A stretch of 64,000 bases of DNA from Gracilinanus agilis (lineage: Eukaryota). The notes under the pieces are model-generated. The model made no database searches, had not been told where the DNA came from, and saw only the letters and a list, made by a program, of their open reading frames with translations. The stretch spans positions 277,744,641 to 277,808,640 of the forward strand of contig NC_058133.1 of assembly GCF_016433145.1 (NCBI RefSeq). Reading direction: 5' to 3'. This document shows, piece by piece, positions 30,176 to 58,529 of the stretch. A program made the translations under genes and the position numbers. Numbering within the stretch: position 1 is the first letter of the stretch; every line of letters begins with the position of its first letter.

Positions 30176-31359
30176 GGTTACCTGGGAGCAGGCTAAGCCT
30201 GTGACACAAAGGGTTCACTGGTTTGGGAGCAGGAGACTCCTTAAGCAGAAAGAGCCGGAAGAAGTCGCTGCCAAGGTCCTAGGGCAAGAGACATGGTTAG
30301 TGTCCTTCAGTAGCTGGCATGGCGCAGGCATCCACAAAATGCTTGATGATAAAGATGGAGATAGAGGTCAAGCTGGGCTGTGGCCAGTGCCATCCCGGAA
30401 TCTCTTTTAGGTTAGCCTGGGATATAGGAAGAGCTGGAAAGAGAAGAGTGGGCAGCCAGGGCGAGGGAAAGGCGACGAGGGAAACAGTGGGGACCCCAGA
30501 GGAATATTAGAGGAATGGATGTGGGGCCAGGGCACACTGAGGCAAAGAGGGGACCGTGGGAGTTTGTTGGTCATAATATTTTGGGATGGCAGGAAGCCAG
30601 GTTAAGGAACTTCCTCTACCAATGCAGATTGCTGCCTTCTTGCAATTTATAGTTTTGGAATTGCCTAGGGGTACTAAGAGCTGAGAAATAGCTTGCCCAG
30701 GGTCATAGTACGTGTCAGATGAGACTTGACCTAGGTCTTCTTGCCTTTGAAGCCAGCTCTCTCTTCACTAAGCAACACTGTTTTTCACCTTACCATTAAA
30801 GGAGAGAATTTCTTTATTCTTGGGCAAATGGGGGTTTAATCACCAAAGGATAATACTTTAAAATGATTAAACTTCAACGTTTAATAGAGAGTTCTTTAAT
30901 TAGAATTTGGTTTACAGATCAAGTAAGCAATGGGTTTACTTGACAGAGGTTGGCTTGCTCGCTTTGAGGGAGTTGGGGTACCGCTTTGAGGGGATGTGGT
31001 TGGTGGAAATGGGGAGAGGGGATGAGGATTTGTTCCTGCCAGTAACAGCAAAAGTCTCAAGCAATTGGACTGAGAGCTGCTGCAGAATAGCCTTTGGGAG
31101 GGAACCCGATTGGCTTTGCAAAAATGGATGCACATGGGAGCATGCCTGTGACTGTGGAGAGAAGTGTATCCACAGCTTTTCTATACACACAAAGGATACA
31201 CAAATCTCCAGCTCCCCTCATCTCCCACGAATCAGAGCGCCTTAGGACGGAAGAGAGGGCTATTCTCCCACCCACATCCTCCTTCCCCTAAACTGGGCCT
31301 GACTTCTCCCTCTTAACAGGCTTGGTGGGTTGCAATAGAATCAGGCCCATGCTCTAATT

Positions 31360-31551
31360 CAGTGGTTCCCAAACTTTTTTGGCCTACCATCCCCTTTCCA
31401 GAAAAAATATTACTTAGCCCCCTGGAAATTAATTTTTAAAACTTTTAATAGCAATTAATAGGAAAGATAAATGCACCTGTGGCCATCACTGCCTCCCTGG
31501 ATCGATGCAGCACCCACCAGGGGGCAGTGGCACCTACTTTGGGAATCACTG
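31360..31551 (+). mobile_element. 192-bp non-autonomous hAT MITE, copy A, carrying a CTCF motif
   Basis: 16-bp TIRs cagtggttcccaaact / actttgggaatcactg; 8-bp TSD ctctaatt / ctctagtt. Confidence 0.9.
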
Positions 31552-31796
31552 CTCTAGTTGGATGGTCTGTTCCACAGTCCAGAGGCTAGTCTCAGGTCAA
31601 GGAAACTGCCTTGGTCAGGCCCTTCCCTCTTCCTGATGGCCTATGGTCCCAGGCTTTTCCTTTCTCCATCCTCATCCTTCTAGAGTACTGGTCTGACCCA
31701 AGACCTCTAATCAATCAAGTATTTATTTTAACACTTACTATGTGCCAGACACTGAACTAGATGTTAGTGACAGGGTGCAAAGAATGAAATGAGTGG

Positions 31797-31995
31797 CAGT
31801 TAGGTGGCTCAGGGGATTGAGAGCCTGACTCAGAGTTGGAAGGTCCTGGGTTCAAATTTGGCCTCAGACCCTTCCTAGCTGTGTGACCCTGGACAAGTCA
31901 CTTAACCCCCACTGCCTAGCCCTTACTGCTCTTCTGCCTTGGAACCAATACACAGAACTGATTCTAAGACCGAAGGTAAGGGTTAAAAAAAATGA
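31797..31995 (+). mobile_element. SINE1_Mdo-like SINE
   Basis: Family pattern with an A tail. Confidence 0.8.
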
Positions 31996-32924
31996 ATGAA
32001 ATTATTCCTTTTTGCTATGAATTGACATTCTAAGCTCAGCTTTCTGGTTTGGGATTGGGGAGAGGGTCATCTTTTATCTCCCTGACCCTTTGGGGACCAC
32101 AGGGGGATGATATTGGATGATGGACTAGACTTCTTCCTAGGAGTGAGTCAACCGAAAGAAGGGATGGGAAGGAAGTGGAGAAGGGGGGATAGCAAGGAAG
32201 GAGGCCCCTTGTTTCCTTTTCTCTCCCTCCAGACTCTTGACATTCCAGACAACAGCAGGCATGCGTTGGCAGTGAAAATGGAGGTAAATTTGGGTCTGAA
32301 TTTTGGGGGATGTGATTGTGCCATAAGAGCATCTTTTTAGCCTCACTTATGGGGCCCAGGATGGAGGCTGTAGGACCTAGATGGGCCCCCTCTGACCTCG
32401 TCCTCAAGCCTCTGCCTGCTTCCCCACCTTGCCTGGATTCCTTTTGAATCGTTTCTTGGCTTCCTGCACAGTGGGGAGGGCTCCTTTGAACCAAGCCACT
32501 GTGTTCCCTGGCAGAGGGAGCACAGCAGATGGTGCTGCCCCCCTGTCTGGCCCGACTCGGTGGCTCAGTGCTGGCTGCAGCACAGGTCCCTTCTAGGCAG
32601 CCCCTCCACCACTGAGGAGTCTGCAAGGAGGGAGGGTTCGGAAGATCCCTAAGTGGGATTGGTTATCTGTGAGGCAGAGGTCTGCCCTGGAAGAAGAGGA
32701 GGAAAGGGAAGGAGCCAGGGTTGGGATCTTTGCATTTTGATTCAGATTCATGCCAATTAGAATCCAACACATTTGATAATCAGCCTGGACAATGAGAGGC
32801 CTGTGGGGATGTGGTGGGGTAGAGGTGGGGTGGGAAGGAAAGATTGAGACTGTAAGGAGAAAGGGGCCCGAGAATGAATGGCATCTGAATGGGACAATTG
32901 GGTCTTTTGAAAGAGGATGCTGAG

Positions 32925-33120
32925 GAGTAGCTGGGTGGCTCAGTGGATTAAAAGCCAGGCCTAGAGATGGGTGGTCCTGGGTTCAAATGTGACCTTAGAT
33001 GCTTCCTAGCTGTGTGACCCTGGGCAAATCACTGAACCCCCTTTACCTAACCCTTACCACTCCTGCTTTGGAACCAATATATTGATTCTAAGATGGAAGA
33101 TAGGGGATTAAAAAAAATAA
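32925..33120 (+). mobile_element. SINE1_Mdo-like SINE
   Basis: Family pattern with an A tail. Confidence 0.8.
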
Positions 33121-34514
33121 ATGAGAGAAAGAGGATGTTGTCTCTGAGAGGGGACAGAGTTTGAGGGAGGGATGAATTCTGGGAAGGGTGATATGAAGAG
33201 AGGAAGCAGGTGGGTCTGCTGAGAGAAGATGGTGTCTCTGAAGGAGAACAGGTCCTCTAAGAAGTGGAGAGGTCTTCATGAGGGTTGGGAATCCCTAGAC
33301 GAGGTGTTCCCTAGCTTCTAGGCTCCTGGGGTATTTATTCTGGTTTGGGTCAAGGGCCACGAAAGAGGGGGTGGTTGCTCCCAGAGGAAATGGGAAAGAC
33401 AAGAGAGGAGAGTAGGGAGCTCATCCAGGCCCTGCCTGGTTCTGAGTCACCTTCCCATTGACTCAGCAGAAGGCAGAAGGCATGATGTCAGTTCTGTTCC
33501 AGCTTGGGATCTTCCTGAGAGGTCCAAACCCCTTCCCAGCACAGGAATGCCTTCTCAGGGATGGCTAATTGGAAGTTATCCAAACCTAGTGGTGCCTGGA
33601 ATCTCCTCTCGGGAGTCTACCTTTCTGCTATAAGAGGGAAGTTCCTGATCAGGAGAACCTCTGAACAACTAACTGGGTGGTTTCCCAAATCAACCTGATG
33701 AGAGAGTGTGAGCTTTTATCTAAGGGCATCTCCCAAGAGGAGGTAGTTCTCCCCAGTGAAGGGACACAAGGACCTCCTCTGATGGGCCTGCCAACAAGAT
33801 GACTAGCAAATGAGAGTCAGTCAGGAGGGATACAGGGGGCGAAAAAGGAACTTTTTTCTCACAATCTATAAAATCAAGTTGTGAAGGTGCTCTGCCCTTT
33901 CCAATGCATTCTCTTCAAAATAATAGAGGGGAGGGAACCAAGGCAGGGGGTGGGAGTTCATCCCTTTTCAGCAAGAGAAGCCTGAGAAAGGAACCCCCAG
34001 ACTTCCTGGACCTGGCTGCCGTTTGCCTTTCTGTTTTCTTTTCTGAGCAAAGGTCAGAGATTAGAGTTCCTGAGAATGGACTTTGAATGAAAGTTTAAAA
34101 ACCATCAGGCAACTGGTCAGTTCCTGGGTCTGATCAGTCATTTGGGTGTTGGCTTCCTAGAGGTAAGTTTTTCCAATTTATGTTTGTAGGAGAAGGCAAA
34201 GAACCACAAAACCTTCCACAACTGAGGGAGAGGAACCATGTCTTGGGGGAACTGGAGATTGGTTTTGTAGTGGATAAGGCATGGGCCCTGGAGTCAAGAG
34301 GTCCTGGGTTCAAATCCTCAGAGCTCCCCATACTTACTTAGCCCTGTGATCCTGGCCAATTATTCTCTCCAAAACTCAATTTCAGCATGTTTTAAAATAA
34401 AGATTGGGCTCAATGGAAGACCTCTTCTAGCTCTAAATCTATGATCTTATGACCCCCTCTACAATATTGCCATGAGTTGCTTGGACAGTTGAGGTGGGAG
34501 ATGATTGTTTAAAC

Positions 34515-34706
34515 CAGTGATTCCCAAAGTGGGCGCCACCGCCCCCTGGTGGGTGCTGCAGCGATCCAGGGAGGCAGTGATGGCCACAGGTGCATTTATC
34601 TTTCCTATTAATTGCTATTAAAATTAAAAAAATTTAATTTCCATGGGGCTAAGTCATATTTTTTCTGGAAAGGTGGCAGTAGGCCAAAACAGTTTGGGAA
34701 CCACTG
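34515..34706 (-). mobile_element. 192-bp non-autonomous hAT MITE, copy B (inverted relative to copy A), carrying a CTCF motif
   Basis: TIRs cagtgattcccaaagt / agtttgggaaccactg; perfect 8-bp TSD gtttaaac at 34507-34514 and 34707-34714. Confidence 0.92.
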
Positions 34707-34857
34707 GTTTAAACAGTGTCCACCATGTCTTTTAACTTTCAGGGGGAGTCTAATGAGCTATCTAGTATCTACCTCACAAGGCTATTGTGAGGACCAAATG
34801 AGATAGGATATGTAAAACACTTGGCATATAAATATACACATAAAGCACCTTCTAAAT

Positions 34858-35075
34858 GGGCACTTAGGTGGTACAATGGATAGAATACCCAGACTGGAGA
34901 CTCATCTTCCTGAGTTCAAATTTGAACTTAGTGTGACCCTGGACAAGTCACCTAGTCATGTTTGCCTTAGTTTCCTCATCTACAAAATGAGCTAGAGAAG
35001 GGAATAGCAAACTACTCTGGTACCTTTGCCAAGAAAACTCCAAGTGGGATGATAAAGAGTTGGCCACAACTGAAT
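34858..35075 (+). mobile_element. MAR1-like SINE
   Basis: tRNA-like head, CORE (tttcctcatctacaaaatgagc) and a tttgccaagaaaactcca tail. Confidence 0.65.
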
Positions 35076-37669
35076 GCCACCACCATATAAATATTAGTTC
35101 CTATTATATCTCCTCATTTGTTCGCAGGCTGTGAAATGTTATCATCTTATACATTTTCTGTAGTGGGTGAAATAAAGGCTACCCCATACCTGATATGAAT
35201 ATTGTACACTGAGTGTCTTTGTAGAGGTTGGGAACTCTGTGATGCCAACATTTGGGAAAACCTAGATACCAGCTATTCTGAGGTTTCATTTTGGAGATTT
35301 TTCACCCCCCTGGGGAACTCCAGGTGGTGGCAATGAACTAAAGAGAGAAGCTCCCCCTTTAAGGTCAATTATCCAGAATTGAACCCAGTCCTGTGTTTCT
35401 TGGGCCCTGGGGAGTACAACAAAGTGGGGATATGTCCAGTGATTTCTGGTCTCCTCCATGCCAGGACTCATCACGCTTACAGGTGTATCTGATTTTGAAC
35501 CTCAGTGATCTCTAGTGTGATTGGTAAGGATATGACAGGCAGGGCCCGCCCAATCATGAGAATAGTCCCTGAAAAATTCTCTTTACTTCTTTTTTCCCCT
35601 TTACTTATTTTCTTCTAACACCTGGTAGATTAGTGTTAAGGCCCAATGCAATTGGGTGCCAAGGTTAAAAAAACACATTTGAGGAGCCTCTCTGCCAGTC
35701 CAGCAACTCCGAGGTTCCATGTTAGCATTCATTGTCTACAATAGGTAGTTATTCACTGATAAGGGTGACCAGATGTCCTAGTTCAGCTGATGGTTTGGAT
35801 TTTCAGTGGTCTAAATTGGATAGACAAATGACCAGGGAAATGTCCACTTAGTATAACTGCTGATAACTTGACATTGTAAGAGGCAGAGGTAAGAAGGGAG
35901 AGCCTTTTAGGTATAGGGCACAGCCAGGGCAAAGGTATAGAGATAGATGTTCTGTCCTGTATGAGGAATAGCAAATAGGCCAATTGTAGAGGCGATGAGA
36001 AGACTGGAAAGATGGGATGAGGCCATTCCCATCTCTACCAACATGGCCCTTACCACCACTAGCTTCCAATGTTGTAATGTTGCCCTACAAGCAGAGATTT
36101 TCCCCTGACTAGTTTCCACATAAGGAAGGACTTCCTAACAAATGGACCCTTACTTGTCTTCTTATATATCCTTCTTGGGGAGGAGTGCTATCTCTATGTT
36201 TCTTGGCTATTCCCATAAAACTCTATAAGCAAGTAGAGCCGATTTATGGTGAAATGATCACCTTAACTCGTGAAGAGCTCTGTGTGGGAAATCTGGCCAA
36301 GGCATCTCAAACATGGGACACGACCTGAGGGTTATCAAGTTAGTTGCTGGTTCCATGGAGCATCAGGACAAGGGGCAGAAGGGGATCTCTGGTGGTAGGA
36401 ATGAGGAACCTATGGAGTCATGGAATTGTGGAAGGTATCTTCATCTAGGGCTCAACTGCTGCCATTTGACAGATGAGGAAACTGAGGCACAAAGGGAAGT
36501 GAGTTTTCCAAGGTTACACAGCTGATCCAGTAAGAATTTCAATGCACATCTCCCAAATCCGGTTTATGTCATGTTACCTTTTGTGAGTCATCATTCCTTG
36601 CACCTTCTCCTACTGCCCTCTCCACCCCCAAACCAGAATACTTGGACTGTCTGGCTCAGTCCTGCAGAATTACTTATAAAACGGAAAGTAACACATTTAT
36701 ATGAGCTGTTAGTCTTTACAAAGTGCTTTCCTCCCATCAGTGTCTGGATGGTATACAATAGAAGTCTAATTCCCATTATTAAAATGAGATGACAGTGTGA
36801 GAAGCCGATTGATTTGTCAAGGTCACAGACTAGTCAGTAATGGATGCTGCTGAGATTCCCACTCCCATTTTCTGCTTCATCCCAGGCTCTCTCTCACATC
36901 ATTTCCCTGTCCTCTAAGCTCTGGCTTCAGCAGGCCCCAATCCAGGACTGACCCAAAATGAGTTGTTTTGTTTTTTTTTTTTAACCTTCCTCACTCTACC
37001 TTGAACACTGATAACTCCTACTGGGCTATTCTCAGCATTCTGCTTTCTAAAGGTCATTGCAGTGTCTGTCCACCTTCCCTGGGAGGAGGAAAGGCTGTAG
37101 CAGCTTACTCTGGAGCCAAGGGGAAGAGAGACTGCAAGGAGGGAGGCAAGGGAAAGAAAGTCTGGGCCTCCCAAAGGGGCCTCTCTCCCCAGGGATGCCA
37201 AAGCAGAGTAGGAACAGGGCAGAGGCAGGAGTTTTAATGACGTCCCCTGGCCCTTTTCTTTGGATTTCTCTCCATCTTCTCCTCCACTCTTCTTTGGCTA
37301 GCTCAGCCCTCCCCCACTTACTGTTAATAAGCAAGGGAACCCCAGGTACCTTCCTTCAGCTGTGGGGTGATCCCAAGTGGCTGCTGCTGAGGCTTCCCCC
37401 CCCTCCTACCTGTCCCTTGGGCAGATGGACCATCACAGAGAGAATGTCACAAGGGGCTAACCTGGGAAAGATACCGGAAAGCTGAAGGGGGCATGTTGGC
37501 AAAGGAGGATTCTTTTATGGAGGGGGAGACAGGAGGGGATGAGGGGACAAGGACCAAATGGGGAGCGCAGACACAGGGGATGGGGCAGGGTGACCGCCAA
37601 AGACATGGGCATGGAAGGGATTCGGGATACAAGGGCATCAATCTGCCCCCCTCCCCAAGGTCTCCTCAC

Positions 37670-37800
37670 CAGCTGCCTGGGTTGCCTTCAGTCTAGTCAG
37701 GACCCTCTGCCTGGCTCTGTCTCCATGGAGACGCCTCGCCTCCCCTCCCCCTAACCGGAAGGCTCTCTGCATTGGTTGCTATGCACGCGGGTTGTTGTCA
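37670..37800 (-). promoter_or_regulatory. TCTE1: Putative TCTE1 promoter and non-coding exon 1
   Basis: X-box-like palindrome GTCTCCATGGAGAC (37719-37732), MYB-type TAACCG (37752-37757), ETS CCGGAAG (37755-37761), ATTGG (37771-37775), local CpGs, and a minus-strand donor CTG|GTGAGG at 37670/37669. Confidence 0.5.
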
Positions 37801-39030
37801 AGGGAAGGAGCCTGCGCAGTTTGCATGGGCTTGGGATACTGGGTGCTGCATACACACTGATGTTCAGCGCGGAGCACTCTTACATGATTGCTACAGGGCT
37901 GTCATATATTCTTTTGTGTGTGAAGTGCTGACCGTAGGGAACTCTACTCACTCCTCCATCCCCTTTAGGACAAGAATTAAGGTTGAGGAAGATGGGTGTT
38001 GCCAGGGGATCTCAGGATCCCTTTCCTAGCGGAGGAGACTGAAGACCGAGCCCTCCTAACCCTGACCCCAACCTCAGGGAAAGTTGTGGAATAATTCCCA
38101 TGACAAGGGCTCTGCAACAAGGTGTGTGTGTGTGTTTCTCCTAACCCTGGCACCTTTGGGAAAGGGCATCCTCCTTTCCCTTTTTTCTAGGCCCCTGAGA
38201 GGGAAGCAGGTGGCATATCCCAAGCCCCAGGGCCCTTCCTGGCCCAGCCCCACCCGGTCCCTCTAGGTTCCTCTTCCTCCTTGGAGGTGGGAATGATGAG
38301 AGTTGTGGTTTCCATCCTCAGGCCCATCCCATCTTCTAGGGGCTCCAGCTGGGGCTCAAGAGGTGTATTATCTGGCTGGACAGTGGAGGGAGGGTTAAAT
38401 CCAGCATCTTTCCCCTTTTCCCCATGCCTCCCCCTCCCCCAGTGAGCTCATGGCCTTAATGAGGTTGGGAGGGAGGAGGAGTCTGGCCCTGATGGAAGTC
38501 TTAGAAACCCCAGAGGCATAGGCAGGGCAGGAGTAAACAACACTGGGGCCAGACTCTTGGAACTTTGGAGACTACTGTGCTCACAACAGTGATTAATCAA
38601 TAAATCAGTAACATCTTAATTAAAATGAAAAATCAGCTGTCAAGTAGAATCACACCATGGAGGGTCCAAGCTCCACTGCAGTAAGAGACCTTTAAATGAC
38701 ACCACTAGATGCTGGTAAACTGGAGGCCTTTTATAATTTTGATGCTCGGCCAGAAATCCAGATCCAGCTGCAGGAACCTGGGCCAGCCTTGAAGGGAGAG
38801 CTGTCCTAGTCATCTCTCCTCACCCTCATTGAGGCTCATGCCCAGCTTCCCCAGCATTTGATAGCAGAATCTGGAAAAAACTGCCAGGAGACAGAAGTGT
38901 GAGATGCCTAGACTGAGGAAGAGAGGCTGGCATTTCACCAGGTGTCCTGTTGGGCCCTCCAGTGTCCTCCCGAGGACCACTCCAGGAGGGAGGAGGTAGT
39001 CAGGGTTGCTTGCCCTGGGCACAAGTGTTG

Positions 39031-39036
39031 TTTAAT
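39031..39036 (-). terminator. Candidate AARS2 polyadenylation signal ATTAAA
   Basis: tttaat on the + strand, about 520 nt after the stop. I saw no canonical AATAAA on the minus strand before the TCTE1 promoter. Confidence 0.35.
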
Positions 39037-39558
39037 CTTCCATCTGGTCTGAGGGCTCTCAGAGTGCCAGGCCAGGGCCTTTAGCTCTGGGGACAAAAAA
39101 CATTGAGCTCATTCCTGTCACTTGTTCAGATTTGATGTCATCTGTGGAGATGCTGAATCAGTAGTGACAAAGGTCTCAGACTATCGGCTCAGGCCCGAGG
39201 GAACAAGACATGGACAGAAGTGCTGCTGAGTACTCTGTTCAGAGATGGGAAGGGAAAGGAAAGACCTCTTTACTTCCTAGGAACCTGTGAGAGCCGCTGA
39301 TCCTTTTCCATAGGCAACCATAGCTTTGGCACAGTGTTCATAGCTAAGGAGCACACTGGATACACATCCTCACTTGGTGGAGAGGTCTCCTGGGCTCCCC
39401 ACTGAGAGAGACTGGCACAGATGAAGGACCCACAGTTAAGCTGAGGCTCTCCTGGGCTCCTGACTGACTCGTCCTTGGTTTCTTAGTCACTGGGCACCAA
39501 GGCCTCTGGTTCCCACCCCACTGGGCCTCCCTGCTCCTCTTCACCCAACAGTCCTGGG

Positions 39559-56505
<16,947 letters not shown>

Positions 56506-57473
56506 CTTTCCTTCTGGCGGTGGCTTCTCGGGGTCAGGGGTCATGGATGTAGTGAAAGGAGGATTATGGCAAGTGAGAAGGGACAATTTTGTGCAGCGGC
56601 TCCTGCTGGAGAGGTTTTCTAGCATTTTGGCGTTTGGAACTTTTTAGAAAGAACTGGGAGAGGATCCAGGAATACCTCAGTCTTTTATTCAATATGAGAT
56701 CCGTGTAGGGCTGGAAAGTACTTTAGAGTTCATCTGGTCCAACTCCTTCATTTTACACACGAGACTCCGAGAAGGTTCATTGAATTGTCCGAGGTCATAC
56801 AGGACAAAGCCAAAATTTTGATCAATAGCTATAACGAAAGCTCAGTAATTGTAAAATTTTATTTTATTTGGTGGGATAGAGAACTAAGCCTGGAGTCAGG
56901 AACACCTGGGTTCAAATCAAAGGTAAGACTTGAATTCAGGACTCCTTAACACCAAATCCACCCTATTCCTTCATTACAAACTGCACTGCAGGAGAAACAG
57001 CCTTGTTGAATGATGGTTGCAGGCATATCCCTTCATATCACTGAGTTTCAGTTTCCCCACTCTGTAAAATGACCTTAATAATATTTGCTTGTCAGTATTT
57101 TTTCGGCAAGCACTTTGCAATCATAAAGCACCATGAAAACATGAATATAGTTGTCATTAGGAGATTTAGAGCCAGAAGAAATCTTTGAGGCATTTATTTC
57201 AACTTATTTTTACAGGGGAGTAAACTGAGGTGCAAGGGGAGGAAATGATTTGCTTATCTTCACATGTAGTAATTAGCAGAAGCAGGAGGCAAAACCAGAT
57301 CCTTTGAGTGCAAATCTTTGTCAAGACATTCATTCAAAAAACATTTAAGTGTCTAGTATCTTGCAAACCCTGTGCTAAGCTCTGGGAGATGTGGGACCTT
57401 GAACAACAGAGATAAAACATATCTACTCATTCCAGAGGAAAATGCTCTTTAAATTGTGAGGGGTTATATAGTT

Positions 57474-57669
57474 CAGGGGTTGGCAGACTATAGCCTTCCA
57501 GCCAGGTCTGGCCTGCTGCCTGTTTTGTACAGCCTATGAGCTAAGAATGGTTTTTACATTTTTAAATAAGGTTTGTATTAAAAATGTAAACATTGCTCTT
57601 AGCTTGAGGGATGTTCAAAAATGGGTGGCAGGCTGGATTTGGCTAGAGACCACAGTTTGCCTATCCTTA
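57474..57669 (+). mobile_element. Ancient MER58/Cheshire-like hAT MITE
   Basis: Starts caggggttggcagact, has the internal gagctaagaatggtttttacattttt motif, ends in a degenerate TIR agtttgcctatcctta; TSD atatagtt / aaatagtt. Confidence 0.7.
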
Positions 57670-58339
57670 AAATAGTTGTGTTATTTAATGATAACTTTTA
57701 ATGTTGGGACTTGGGAGACCAGGGATGGGGTAAAGGAAGAGAGAGAAGGGACTCTAGCATAATACCTTCATTCCCTTCCTTGTGCCTCCCTGCTTTGTGG
57801 AGAAAATCCCAATCCTAAAGAGTCTATTTCTGGCCCCTCTTAAGTGGCAACTGGGCTGGCAGGAGGAACAGAGGCAGTCCAGACTTTTTTGCTTAGCATC
57901 ATTTCCTGCCTTTATTAATTGCCTAATCACATTTGGCCTCTATTCTCTCAGGGCCTTTTAATTTACCCAGCAATTAGAGAGGATCCAGGTCAGCATAGCC
58001 CAGCGGTCCACTAATAGGTAAAGAGATGTCTCTCTCCACAGGCCTCCCATTAATCTGGTAGATTTTTTTTTTTTAAACTTGAACTAAGAAAGCAGTGGAA
58101 GTTTATATTAGCTGTACTCTCCTCTACTTTCCAGATGGACAGGTTGCTGAATCTCATTGTCCCCCCAGTTTCCTCATCTGAAAATTGGGGGCAATAATAG
58201 CATTGATTTAATAGGACTTTGATCTGGAAGGAACCTTAAGATTGCTTAATCCAACTCCCTTTATGTTACAGCTGAAGAAACCAAGTTTCCTCAAGGTTTG
58301 TTCAAAGTCACAAAGGTAGTTGAACCCAGAATTGGTTCC

Positions 58340-58510
58340 CTTTTTTTTTTTCCTTTTTAAGCCTTTACCTTCTGTCTTGGGTTCAAAACCAGAAGAATGG
58401 TAAGGGCTTGACAACTGAGGTTAAGTGACTTGCCTGGGGTCACCTAGCTGGGAAGTGCCCTGAATTTGGAGGACCTTCCATTTCTAGCTTGGCTCTCTAC
58501 AATTTAGCTG
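58340..58510 (-). mobile_element. SINE1_Mdo-like SINE (degraded)
   Basis: Antisense family pattern with a T-tail. Confidence 0.65.
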
Positions 58511-58529
58511 TTCCTCCTCTGACCATTTT

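Noticed and set aside
31360-31551. Assignment of the 192-bp MITE to SPIN
   Set aside because: Its ends do not match my recollection of SPIN termini (CAGCGGTTCTCAACCT), so the family is left unnamed.
32036-32626. 196-aa minus-strand ORF in the putative TCTE1 intron 1
   Set aside because: No recognisable domain, splice context or codon signature.
35761-35780. agggtgaccagatgtcc resembling a hAT-type terminal repeat
   Set aside because: No matching opposite terminus or TSD found.
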